NCBI GenBank assembly: GCA_034190465.1
Contig: JAXINV010000001.1
Coordinates: 3,804 to 19,735 of the forward strand
From: Candidatus Asbonarchaeum danakilense
GTDB taxonomy: Archaea; Nanohalarchaeota; Nanosalinia; Nanosalinales; Nanoanaerosalinaceae
Direction of reading: 5' to 3'
DNA: 15,932 nucleotides
Numbering within the stretch: the stretch's first letter is position 1; each line of letters opens with the position of its first letter. Positions 1-8,595 of this stretch are shown here, one piece after another. Under the pieces are notes generated by a model. That model was not told the origin of the DNA, ran no database searches, and was given only the letters and a program-made list of their open reading frames with translations. Both the position numbers and the translations under genes were made by a program.

Positions 1-2733
1 ATCCTCCTCGCCGTCATCCGTCCAGAACAGCACGGCCTCGACCTCTTTCTCCGGGAAGACTTCCCTGACCGCGTGGATGTAGGCGGACAGCTGCTTCCGG
101 TACTCGTCGCGGTTCGCCCGGCTCCTGTCCGTCTTGAAGTCCACGATCGTGACTGTTTCCTCCTGCTCCACCAGCAGGTCGATCGTGCCTGACAGCGTCA
201 GCTTCCGGTCGGCCTCAAGCGGCAGCATGACCGGGACCTCCGTCCGCAGCCCGCCGCCCAGCGCCTCGACGAACGCACGGACGTTCCGCTCATCCTCGTT
301 CCCCGGCTCCCCGGCGTCACCGTCGACGACCGCCTCCGCGTAGGCGTGGACCTGTGTCCCGAACTCGGGGCCCTTGCCGCCGGTCGCCTCCATCGCATCG
401 TCGTCCACCAGCGCGTGCACCGGCAGTGTCAGCGGTGCGTGCCGGTCGGCCGTTGCGGGCTCCAGCTCCGGCAGCCCGTCGTCCCGCACGTCCACCTGCT
501 CCGGCTCGACGTCGAGCTGCTCCGCCTCGAGGGGAAGTCCGTCGAAGAACCGTGACGCGCTTCCCTCCTCCGCGGACAGGAACAGCCGGTCCTCCGCCCG
601 CGTCATCGCGACGTACAGCAGCCGTCGCTCCTCGTCGTAGCCGCCGGCCAGGACCTTGTTCACCAGCTCGGTCCGCCAGTTGGTGTAGACGTACGGCTCC
701 GGCTCGTCCCGCCATTCCACCCGCTGCCGCAGGCCTGCCGGCTCCCGGAACTGGATCGGCTTCGACCCGGACCTGGTGGAGGGCAGCCGCCGCTGGTTGA
801 TGTCGGCGACGAACACGACCGGGTACTCCAGGCCCTTCGCCTTGTGGATCGTCTGCACGGTGACCGCCGCGCCGTCCTGGCTGCCGTCGACGTCGAACGT
901 CGTGCCCTGCTCGATGCAGTCTTCGATGAACCGGACCACGGTGCCGGGATCCTGGCCGTCCTGCTCCAGTCTGTGCAGCACGTCGACGATCGCCGCGGTG
1001 AACCCGTTGTCCAACCCGTACCTGGCGAAGACATGCTCCGCCACGGCGGCGAGCGAATCCAACTCGTCCAGCTCCTCGCGGAACTGTCGCATGTCCGACG
1101 GGTATTTCTCCCTGTCCAGCCAGGCCCGGACCTGCTCGATGCTGTACCCTCCTACCTCATCGAGCACGACCGCCCAGCCCCGCCGCGGGTCGCCCCAGCC
1201 CAGGATCCTGCACCAGGCCAGCAGCAGCTTGCCGGGATCGGTGCGGAACAGCTCCACCCCGCCCTCGAACGCCGCAGGGACCCCGTACTCGCGGGCCAGC
1301 TCCGCCAGCTCCCGGCCGAACGCCCGGTTCCGCGCCAGCACCGCGACATCGCCGTAGCCGTAGTCGCCGTCCTCCACGAGCCGCTGGATCCGTGCCAGTA
1401 CCGCCTCCTGCTCGTCCTCCGCGGTGAACGCCTCGACCGCACCTGGCTCGTCCTCGTCCGCATCCAGCGACGTGATATCGTCCAGTATCGTGTCCGTGTC
1501 CAGGTCCTCGGTGTACGTCGCCTCCAGGGTCAGTGCGTGCTCCGCGAGGTCGAGGATCGCCTGCCCGGACCGGTAGTTCCGCGTGAGGGAGAGCTTTTCC
1601 ACGTCGCCGGGCTCCGGGACGCGCTGCCGGTCGCTGTTCAGCTCGTCGGCGTACCGCTCCAGCCGCTGCTCGAACCGGAGGATGTTGTCGACCGAGGCGT
1701 ACTGGAAGCCGAAGATGCTCTGCTTCCAGTCCCCGACCGCGGCCAGGTTCCCGTCCTGCGCCAGCAGCAGCGCGAGCTTGAACTGGATCTCGTTGGTGTC
1801 CTGGAACTCGTCCAGCATCACGTACCGGAAGCCCTCCTGCTCCCGCAGCCCGTCGTCCTCCACCAGCAGCACGTAGGCGAACAGCTGGAGGAACTGGAAC
1901 GTCAGGAACCCGTTCCGAAGCGCGTGCCGCATGTAGCCCAGGTAGACGTCGTGCACAAACCGCTTCAGCTCCTCACGGTCGTCGTGGAACGCTTCGTCAG
2001 CAAAGTGCTCCGGCACCGTGTTGTCGTTCGCCCGTAGCTCCGCCTTGTCCGGCGCCTCCGGCGGGTACAGCTTGTCGTCGTAGGAGGACAGCCGGTTCTT
2101 CAGCTCGGAGTTCGTCGGCCCGTTGGCGCCGTCTTTCGGCTCGTTCATCGCGTCGAACAGCTCCTGGAACGCGTCGCTGTCGCCGTCGAGGTGCTGGCCG
2201 GTCTCCCGGTACCAGCCGTCGGTCGTCGGCACGATGCCCTTGCTTGCCAGCTCCCTGACCAGCTCCAGCAGGTCGGAGGGGTCGTCCACGATCCGGTAGA
2301 GGTCGTCGTACCTGTCGTTCTCCTGCCTGAAACGGCGGTAGAACCGCTCGAACTCCTGCTGCTCCAGGTAGTCCTCGTCGATGATGTCGATGGACGGCGG
2401 GATCGCCTCGTCCAGTCCGAGCAGCGACGGTGCCTCGGTGCCGTGCCGGTCCAGCAGGTCGTGGCAGTGGCCGTGGAACGTGGCGATCGGTGCGTCCCGC
2501 AGCGCTGCCAGGTCGTAGCTGCAGTGGTCGATGATCCGCTCCTTCATGTTCTCCGCAGCGTTCTCCGTGAACGTGGTCAGCAGGATGTCGTCGGGAGCGG
2601 CGTCCGTCGCGTCCAGGATGTGCGCGTACCGCCGCGTGATGGTGAACGTCTTGCCCGTCCCTGCCCCGGCGTCGACGAGGTAGGTCCCGTCCAGCGCCCG
2701 GATAAGCTCGTCCTGCTGCTCGTTCGGGGTCAT
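1..2733 (-). CDS. UvrD/AddA-like SF1 DNA helicase with C-terminal RecB-type PD-(D/E)XK nuclease (3' end truncated by window edge)
   Basis: Not in the ORF track because it has no stop in the window. Manual translation from ATG 2733 gives MTPNEQQDELIRALDGTYLVDAGAGTGKTFTITRRYA (Walker A), then LLTTFTENAA (Ia), TFHGHC (Ib), YVMLDEFQDTN (II), VGDWKQSIFGFQ (III), LTRNYRS (IV), TIHKAKGLEYPVV (V) and EERRLLYVAMTRA (VI). Near the edge is GTIDLL..IVDFKT..RKQLSAY (RecB-family nuclease). 911 codons lie in the window. Confidence 0.93.
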   Translation of the reverse strand, partial: MTPNEQQDELIRALDGTYLVDAGAGTGKTFTITRRYAHILDATDAAPDDILLTTFTENAAENMKERIIDHCSYDLAALRDAPIATFHGHCHDLLDRHGTEAPSLLGLDEAIPPSIDIIDEDYLEQQEFERFYRRFRQENDRYDDLYRIVDDPSDLLELVRELASKGIVPTTDGWYRETGQHLDGDSDAFQELFDAMNEPKDGANGPTNSELKNRLSSYDDKLYPPEAPDKAELRANDNTVPEHFADEAFHDDREELKRFVHDVYLGYMRHALRNGFLTFQFLQLFAYVLLVEDDGLREQEGFRYVMLDEFQDTNEIQFKLALLLAQDGNLAAVGDWKQSIFGFQYASVDNILRFEQRLERYADELNSDRQRVPEPGDVEKLSLTRNYRSGQAILDLAEHALTLEATYTEDLDTDTILDDITSLDADEDEPGAVEAFTAEDEQEAVLARIQRLVEDGDYGYGDVAVLARNRAFGRELAELAREYGVPAAFEGGVELFRTDPGKLLLAWCRILGWGDPRRGWAVVLDEVGGYSIEQVRAWLDREKYPSDMRQFREELDELDSLAAVAEHVFARYGLDNGFTAAIVDVLHRLEQDGQDPGTVVRFIEDCIEQGTTFDVDGSQDGAAVTVQTIHKAKGLEYPVVFVADINQRRLPSTRSGSKPIQFREPAGLRQRVEWRDEPEPYVYTNWRTELVNKVLAGGYDEERRLLYVAMTRAEDRLFLSAEEGSASRFFDGLPLEAEQLDVEPEQVDVRDDGLPELEPATADRHAPLTLPVHALVDDDAMEATGGKGPEFGTQVHAYAEAVVDGDAGEPGNEDERNVRAFVEALGGGLRTEVPVMLPLEADRKLTLSGTIDLLVEQEETVTIVDFKTDRSRANRDEYRKQLSAYIHAVREVFPEKEVEAVLFWTDDGEED

Positions 2734-5303
2734 CGGCCATCACCTGTCAGGATCAGGTCCCGGTTGTCGGTCCGGTCCAGGTCGGCATCGTCAACCGGGA
2801 ACCGTGTCCGCCGCCACTCGTTGAGCCGCTGAATCTCCTGCTGCAGGAAGTCCTCGAACCGGTCCAGGTCGTCGGCGAAGTAGTTCGTCCGCCGCAGCCG
2901 CACCAGCCGCTTAAGCGCTTTTTCGGCGCCGTTCTCCACGTACTTGTAGTCGCCGACCTCGTCCCGGCAGTGCTGGATGAACGCCTCGGCGAACCCGGTG
3001 TCAAGCAGCTCGTCCCTGTCGTAGCAGTCCGGCAGCTCGTGGTCGTCGATGAACGCGGCGAACGCCTCCTGCCCGAGCTTCTCCAGTGTCTTGCGCCGGT
3101 CGTTGCTCGCGGCGACGTCGCCGATCAGCTCGTCGAACAGCTCGTCCTGCTGCAGCGCCTCCGCGAAGCGCCAGGGATGGTAGGTGATCGTGGTGAAGAC
3201 GTCGTCCCGGTCCGCGTCCCCGCTGATGACGTCGCCGACGTTGTCGAGGAAGTGGAAGAACGTGAACTCCAGCGTCCTGCGCGGCACCTGCCGCCGGTGG
3301 TAGGCGAGGTACAGCATCGCCTGGAAGCTGGGCTCGTCGTCCAGCAGGTCAAGGTTGGAGTGCTCCACGATGTGCCGCGTCGACTTCTGCCGGCCGGACT
3401 TGTAGTCGAGCAGGTGTGTGCGGGACAGCAGCAGGTCGACGACACCGCGACCGCCGAGGTCACGGTCCTGGAACCACATCTCGGCGGCCTGGCTCTCCAG
3501 CTCGATGCCGAACCGCTCTGCGAGGTCGTTCGTGATCCAGTCCGCGTCCTGGTAGCCGGTGACCCGGTCGCCGGTGATCTCGTGGTCGTCCAGGAACGCC
3601 ATGATGTTCTGCGCGCCGAGCCGGAACTCGGTCCGCAGCCGGGGTAGCTGGTGCTCGTCGACGAACGGTTGCATCCTGTCCACCATCACGTCGATGAACG
3701 TGTCCAGCCCGTGCTCCTCGACCGCGTCCGGCCTGACGGCGTAGATCTCCGCGAAGTCGTGCAGCACGGAGCCCTTCGTGAAGTACGGCTGCCCGTACTG
3801 CTCCACCAGCTCGCTGAAGAACTGGTCGCGCGGGCAGTGGACCAGGGTGTCGAGCGTTGAGGTGGACAGCATCGAGACATCGTCGGTCGTTACGTCCATC
3901 GGCTGCGCTGCGAAGCCCTGGCCGCCGTCCGCCGCCGCGGTGTACCGCTGCCCGTCCATCTCCCGGAAGCTGGTCGTGTCCGCCAGCTCGGCGAGGTAGT
4001 GGCACGGTGCGACGTCCTCGTTCATCCGCCGGTCCTGCACCAGGCACCGCGTCGTGTCGCCGGACTGCAGTAGTGCGGTGAACCGTTCCAGCTGCCACCG
4101 TTCCTCCTGTTCCGTGTCGATCCACGGCCTGTCCCGCACGTCGACGTTCCACGACGCGTCCAGCCCGAGGTGGAGCACGATCGGCCGGTCGACATGCATC
4201 GCCTCGGTCGGGTCGGCCAGCAGCACGCCCCGCCGGTCCTGATCCAGGCCGGGATCGTAGGCGTCCAGGTAGAACGCCAGCCGCTCCACCGTCTCCGCGG
4301 CGACGCTCCGGTCGAGGAAGCCGGCGTCGTCCAGGTCGTCCAGCACCTCGTCCGGCACCGGGCTGAACACGTCGCCGTAGGCCGCGGCCGCCTCCCCGAC
4401 GGTACTGCCGGGCAGCTCCTGCAGCAGGTCCCTAGTCCCGTCCAGCGCCGGGTCGTCGACGGTGTCGAGGTACTGTTCGCTGTGCTCGACGGGTGCATCG
4501 ATCCCGTGCCGCAGGAGCAGGGGGAGCAGGTCCTTGAGCCGCACCCGGTCCGCGAGTGAATGCCTGAGAACGGTGAGGAAGCCGCGGAGCTCGCTGCTGT
4601 CCCCGACGGTCCGCTGCCGCATGTAGGGGATGCCCGCGGACTCCAGCCGGGCGCGGAGCATGGCGTCGTACCGGCTGCCGGGTGCGACAACGATCCCGAC
4701 GTCGTCCGGGTCGTTCGCCTCCACCTGCTGCATCGCGGCCCGGACTAGTTCCGGCCCGGAGGCGAACACGTTCAGCTCGGGCAGCTCGGTCTCTTCGTCG
4801 GTCAGTGTCCGGTATGCTGTATGTTCGTCGGGTAGGATGGAGCGGTCCAGCGCTGTGAAGCCGTCCGGGTCGATCACAGCGACGTCACGGTCCCCGGGGA
4901 GCTGGTACCGGGCAAGTGCGTGGTAGATGCTGTCCTCGTCTTGGATCGCGTCGATGCCGTGTCCGGCGTTCGCCCCGTGTCGCGGGAGGTCGCGGATACG
5001 GTCGTGGTCCCCGGTGTGCTGCCAGCAGTCCAGCAGATCGTCGAGCGCTGCGGCGGCCCGGTGCCAGTCCAGGTCGGTCTCCCGGACTACCGCGAGGAAC
5101 AGTTCCCGCCTGCCTGCCAGGTCTGCGTTCGGCCGCTGCTGCTGGATGAGCTGCCGTGGGGTGTACGCCAGCCGTCCGAGCCGTGCCTGTTCCGTCCTGG
5201 CGTTCAGCGCGTCCGTGAGTGCAGGATCGGTGGTCAGCACCAGGTCGTGCTGGCTGACCTGCTTGTACAGTCCGTCGATCGTCCGTCTGCGTCGCGGGTC
5301 CAC
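2730..5303 (-). CDS. AddB-like PD-(D/E)XK nuclease family protein with degenerate helicase-like N-terminus
   Basis: 857-aa acidic ORF. The C-terminal third has LSTSTLDTLVHCPRDQFF, KGSVLHDFAE, GVVDLL..LLDYKSG and FQAMLY (RecB/AddB nuclease motifs). No Walker A. Its stop overlaps the helicase start (ATGA at 2733-2730). GTG start has a GGAGG upstream; the exact start is uncertain. Confidence 0.85.
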   Translation of the reverse strand: MDPRRRRTIDGLYKQVSQHDLVLTTDPALTDALNARTEQARLGRLAYTPRQLIQQQRPNADLAGRRELFLAVVRETDLDWHRAAAALDDLLDCWQHTGDHDRIRDLPRHGANAGHGIDAIQDEDSIYHALARYQLPGDRDVAVIDPDGFTALDRSILPDEHTAYRTLTDEETELPELNVFASGPELVRAAMQQVEANDPDDVGIVVAPGSRYDAMLRARLESAGIPYMRQRTVGDSSELRGFLTVLRHSLADRVRLKDLLPLLLRHGIDAPVEHSEQYLDTVDDPALDGTRDLLQELPGSTVGEAAAAYGDVFSPVPDEVLDDLDDAGFLDRSVAAETVERLAFYLDAYDPGLDQDRRGVLLADPTEAMHVDRPIVLHLGLDASWNVDVRDRPWIDTEQEERWQLERFTALLQSGDTTRCLVQDRRMNEDVAPCHYLAELADTTSFREMDGQRYTAAADGGQGFAAQPMDVTTDDVSMLSTSTLDTLVHCPRDQFFSELVEQYGQPYFTKGSVLHDFAEIYAVRPDAVEEHGLDTFIDVMVDRMQPFVDEHQLPRLRTEFRLGAQNIMAFLDDHEITGDRVTGYQDADWITNDLAERFGIELESQAAEMWFQDRDLGGRGVVDLLLSRTHLLDYKSGRQKSTRHIVEHSNLDLLDDEPSFQAMLYLAYHRRQVPRRTLEFTFFHFLDNVGDVISGDADRDDVFTTITYHPWRFAEALQQDELFDELIGDVAASNDRRKTLEKLGQEAFAAFIDDHELPDCYDRDELLDTGFAEAFIQHCRDEVGDYKYVENGAEKALKRLVRLRRTNYFADDLDRFEDFLQQEIQRLNEWRRTRFPVDDADLDRTDNRDLILTGDGR

Positions 5304-5336
5304 CGGGGTCGGCCTCCACCCGGGATTGGGCCGAGA

Positions 5337-5345
5337 GCTTTAAGA
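5337..5345 (-). promoter_or_regulatory. Putative TATA box of the addB/addA-like operon
   Basis: TTAAA at 5343-5339 on the minus strand, 35 nt before the GTG at 5303, with a GGAGG in the implied short leader. Confidence 0.5.
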
Positions 5346-5376
5346 GAAGTGTGCTGTGGGTTCCGGCAGGACCGGG

Positions 5377-6072
5377 TCATGGCGTGATGTTCTCGAGTTC
5401 GTCCTGTGGGGGCTGCCGCCGCTTGAAGCCGTGATTCTCCAGGATGCTGACGAGCCGCTGGTGGGTCTGTTCGTAGTCGCCGCTGTTGTCGATGATGTGG
5501 GTGTAGTAGCCGTCGTCATGCGGGTTGAGGCCGTTGTAGAGGTCGGCGAATATTTCTCGTATCTTCTGATCTGCTTCACGGACTTCATTGCGTGCCTGTT
5601 TCAGGGTTTCTCCGTCCGGAGCTGTGATATTGTATTCCCGCTTTGTGTACCGTTTGAACCGTTTCTCGTCGTTGCAGATGATCTTGATCCGCACGGGTGC
5701 GATGGGTTCGCCGTCGCCGCGGTCGGCGCACAGTGCTGCCGCGTCCAGTCGCCCCTCGGCGATCAGCGGTTCACCGGAGAATGCGCGGTCCAGTTTGGCG
5801 GCGTCGACCTCGAGGTCGGCGTCGGGATGTTCTTCACGGAACCGTTCCACGTCGTTGTAGCCGTGTTTCTCTGCTGCCCTCCGCTGTAGCGTGCCGTTAT
5901 CGACGTGCTCGATCCCGAACTTGAGGGCGAGATGTGCTGCATGGGTGCTGGTGCCTGCTGCACGTTTCCCGGAGATTGCGACGACCCGCTTGCTGGGTTG
6001 CCGGTCGCTTGCGACCAGTTCTTCGTACCGTTCAGCCAGGTGGTCATGGTGCTCGGGCAGCGGCTCGGGCAT
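5377..6072 (-). CDS. Archaeal-type cytidylate kinase-like (NMP kinase) P-loop protein
   Basis: VVAISGKRAAGTST P-loop, then G..QRRAAEKHG, DLEVD, LIAEGRL, R..R..KRE and Y..IIDNS, which follow the archaeal Cmk pattern. I prefer ATG 6072 over the track start at 6138 because TTTAA lies 23 nt upstream. Confidence 0.7.
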   Translation of the reverse strand: MPEPLPEHHDHLAERYEELVASDRQPSKRVVAISGKRAAGTSTHAAHLALKFGIEHVDNGTLQRRAAEKHGYNDVERFREEHPDADLEVDAAKLDRAFSGEPLIAEGRLDAAALCADRGDGEPIAPVRIKIICNDEKRFKRYTKREYNITAPDGETLKQARNEVREADQKIREIFADLYNGLNPHDDGYYTHIIDNSGDYEQTHQRLVSILENHGFKRRQPPQDELENITP

Positions 6073-6095
6073 GCTGTCGTGTCGGTCACCTATTG

Positions 6096-6100
6096 TTAAA
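6096..6100 (-). promoter_or_regulatory. TATA box of the cmk-like gene
   Basis: TTTAA on the minus strand, 23 nt before ATG 6072 (leaderless spacing). Confidence 0.55.
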
Positions 6101-6115
6101 TCGGTGGCGGTCCCG

Positions 6116-6145
6116 AGGTTTTTTGTGCACGGGATCAAAAAACCT
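6116..6145. repeat. Perfect 10-bp inverted repeat with 10-nt spacer, candidate operator
   Basis: AGGTTTTTTG (6116-6125) - TGCACGGGAT - CAAAAAACCT (6136-6145). The right arm occupies the BRE position of the grpE TATA box. Confidence 0.7.
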
Positions 6146-6152
6146 TTTTAAG
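6145..6152 (+). promoter_or_regulatory. TATA box of the grpE-dnaK operon
   Basis: TTTTTAAG preceded by an A-rich BRE-like AAAAAACC, about 25 nt before ATG 6177. Confidence 0.7.
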
Positions 6153-6176
6153 AGTCGGCGCCGATACACCTCACCG

Positions 6177-6683
6177 ATGACGTACGGCGACCTTTCTCGC
6201 CCGGAGCTGGAAGAAGCACTACAGGAACTGGAGGAACGAGTCTCCAGGCTCGAGGACGAACGTGACGAGTGGGAGCGCCGCGCGAAGAAGATCAAGGCCG
6301 ACTTCGAGAACTACAAGAAGGACCAGGACGACAGGAAGCAGCGGTGGCAGCACGAGGCGAGGAAGGACCTGGCGGAGGACCTGATCGCGGTGATGGACAA
6401 CCTGGAACGCGCGATCATGTCGGCGGATGAGGACTCCGGCCTGCTGCAGGGCGTGAAGCTCGTCGCTGACCAGCTGTACGAGACGCTGGAGCAGTGCGGT
6501 CTGGAACGGATCGACGCTGAGGGCGAGGAGTTCGACCCACGGCTGCACAACGCGGTCGACACCCGGCACCACCCGGAGCATAACAAGGTTTTGGAACAGC
6601 AGCGCGCCGGCTACATGTACAGGGACCAGGTGCTCCGCGAGGCGGAGGTCGTCGTCGGCCAGAACGAGGATAACGATACCTGA
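6177..6683 (+). CDS. grpE: Nucleotide exchange factor GrpE
   Basis: Coiled-coil N-terminus, [45 protein letters not shown]. Directly upstream of dnaK. The real start is likely ATG 6177 (MTYGDLS), not 5934. Confidence 0.96.
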   Translation: MTYGDLSRPELEEALQELEERVSRLEDERDEWERRAKKIKADFENYKKDQDDRKQRWQHEARKDLAEDLIAVMDNLERAIMSADEDSGLLQGVKLVADQLYETLEQCGLERIDAEGEEFDPRLHNAVDTRHHPEHNKVLEQQRAGYMYRDQVLREAEVVVGQNEDNDT

Positions 6684-6689
6684 AGGTGA
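6684..6689 (+). promoter_or_regulatory. Shine-Dalgarno-like site for dnaK
   Basis: AGGTGA 7 nt before ATG 6697, an archaeal-type SD on an internal operon gene. Confidence 0.65.
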
Positions 6690-6696
6690 GCATACT

Positions 6697-8595
6697 ATGT
6701 CTAACATCATCGGCATCGATCTCGGTACAACACGGAGCGCAGTCGCTCATTACGCAAACGATGAACCCAAGATCATCGAGAACAACGAGGGTGAGCGTGT
6801 CACTCCCTCGATCGTGGCGTTCGACGACGGTGAACGCCTGGTCGGCAAGCCGGCGAAGAACCAGATGCTGACCAACGAGGCCAATACCGTCAAATCCATC
6901 AAGCGCCACATGGGGGAGGACCACATCGTCGAACTCGCCGGCGACGAGTACAAGCCCCAGGAGATCTCCTCGATGATCCTGCAGAAGCTGAAGCAGGACG
7001 CTGAGGACAGGCTCGGTGAGGAGGTTGAGAAGGCAGTGATCACGGTGCCCGCCCACTTCGACGACACCCAGCGCCAGGCGACGAAGGACGCCGGTGAGAT
7101 CGCCGGCCTCGAGGTCGAGCGGATCCTCAACGAGCCGACCGCCGCGGCGCTGGCGTACGGCCTGGACGACGACCAGGACAAGACGATCCTGGTGTACGAC
7201 TTCGGCGGCGGCACGTTCGACGTGACGGTGCTCGAGATCGGTGACGATATCTACGAGGTCCAGGCGACCGAGGGCATCAACGACCTGGGCGGTGACGACT
7301 TCGACCAGGAGATCGTCGACTGGGTGCTGGAGAAGTTCGAGGACGACAACGGCATCGACCTGTCGGACAACGACGAGGCGATGCAGCGCATCCGTGAGAA
7401 CGCGGAGGAGGCGAAGAAGGAGCTGTCCTCCCGGAAGAAGACGACGATCAACATCCCGTTCATCCACCAGGAAGACGGTGAGACGTACAACATCGACTAC
7501 GAGCTGACCCGGTCGACGTTCGAGGACCTGGTCGAGGACCTGATCCAGCGGACGACGGACCCGACGCAGAAGGCGATCGACGACGCGGACGTCGACAAGG
7601 CGGAGCTGGACGACGTCATCCTGGTCGGCGGCACGACGCGTGTCCCGGCGGTCAAGGAGCAGGTCCAGGCGATCACCGGCATGCAGCCGGACCAGTCCGT
7701 CAGTCCTGACGAGGCGGTCGCGCTGGGCGCGTCGATCCAGGCAGGGTCGATCTCCGGCGAGGCGGACGACCTGCTGCTGCTTGACGTCGCGCCGCTGTCG
7801 CTGGGCGTCGAGACGAAGGGCGGTATCATGACGACGCTGATCGAGGAGAACACGACGATCCCTGCCGAGGAGACGAAGACGTTCACGACGGCTGAGGACA
7901 ATCAGTCCGTGGTGACGGTGCACGTGCTTCAGGGCGAGCGCGAGCTGGCGAAGGACAACAAGAGCCTGGGCCAGTTCAACCTGCGCGGTATCCCGCCGGC
8001 GCCTGCGGGCCAGCCACGGATCGAGGTCTCGTTCGAGATCGATGCGGACGGCATCCTCCAGGTATCCGCTGTCGAGCAGAACTCGGGCGAGGAGGCGTCC
8101 ATCACGATCGAGGACCAGGCCCGGCTCGACGACGATGAGATCGAGCGGATGAAGGAGGAGGCCGAGAAGCACGCTGAGGAGGACGAGCGGAAGCGTGAAC
8201 GCATCGAGGCCCAGAATAAGGCCGACCAGGTTGTCTCCCAGGCCGAGGACCAACTGGACGAGCACGGCGACAAGGTGGACGAGGACGTGGTCAACGAGAT
8301 CGAGGAGACGATCGAGCACGTCCGCGAGGTCCGCCAGGAGTCCGACGACCCTGAGGAGATCGAGGAAGCGATCGAGGAACTGGAGGAAGCGCTCCAGGAG
8401 ATCGGCAAGGAGATCTACGGCGGCGAAGGCCAGCCAGGACCCGGTGCTGCCGGTGCCCAGGGCTTCGACCCGTCGGACATGTCTGAGGAGGATCTCCGCC
8501 AGGCGGCCCAGAACATGGGCGGCGGCCAGCAGGGAGCAGCCGGCAACGATGACGTGGTCGACGCCGACTACGAGGAGGTCGACGACGAGGACTGA
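6697..8595 (+). CDS. dnaK: Molecular chaperone DnaK (Hsp70)
   Basis: [54 protein letters not shown] linker, C-terminal [10 protein letters not shown]. Lacks the N-terminal insert of proteobacterial DnaK, as in archaeal and Gram-positive DnaK. Confidence 0.99.
   Translation: MSNIIGIDLGTTRSAVAHYANDEPKIIENNEGERVTPSIVAFDDGERLVGKPAKNQMLTNEANTVKSIKRHMGEDHIVELAGDEYKPQEISSMILQKLKQDAEDRLGEEVEKAVITVPAHFDDTQRQATKDAGEIAGLEVERILNEPTAAALAYGLDDDQDKTILVYDFGGGTFDVTVLEIGDDIYEVQATEGINDLGGDDFDQEIVDWVLEKFEDDNGIDLSDNDEAMQRIRENAEEAKKELSSRKKTTINIPFIHQEDGETYNIDYELTRSTFEDLVEDLIQRTTDPTQKAIDDADVDKAELDDVILVGGTTRVPAVKEQVQAITGMQPDQSVSPDEAVALGASIQAGSISGEADDLLLLDVAPLSLGVETKGGIMTTLIEENTTIPAEETKTFTTAEDNQSVVTVHVLQGERELAKDNKSLGQFNLRGIPPAPAGQPRIEVSFEIDADGILQVSAVEQNSGEEASITIEDQARLDDDEIERMKEEAEKHAEEDERKRERIEAQNKADQVVSQAEDQLDEHGDKVDEDVVNEIEETIEHVREVRQESDDPEEIEEAIEELEEALQEIGKEIYGGEGQPGPGAAGAQGFDPSDMSEEDLRQAAQNMGGGQQGAAGNDDVVDADYEEVDDED

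Noticed and set aside
2730..3880. Cas4 / CRISPR association of the PD-(D/E)XK domain
   Set aside because: No repeat-spacer array or other cas genes seen. The domain is fused to a long N-terminal region and lacks the Cas4 C-terminal cysteines.
5303..5323. GC hairpin (CCGGGGT...ACCCGG) around the SD of the addB-like gene
   Set aside because: Short, bulged and GC-only, so likely chance at this GC content. The upstream arm may lie before the TSS.
134..5889. Many 60-400 aa ORFs overlapping the helicase, nuclease and kinase genes (e.g. 844..2037, 1997..2743, 2970..3647)
   Set aside because: Alternative-frame or antisense ORFs with Arg/Ser/Pro-rich or V/L/R-rich composition, expected at high GC. 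The real frames carry the family motifs.
5934..6176. N-terminal extension of grpE in the ORF track, and the 6138 start of the cmk-like gene
   Set aside because: Both extensions cross the divergent promoter region. TATA spacing supports ATG 6177 and ATG 6072.
6073..6176. CIRCE element or hrcA
   Set aside because: No TTAGCACTC-N9-GAGTGCTAA and no hrcA gene in the window. The repeat present has an unrelated sequence.
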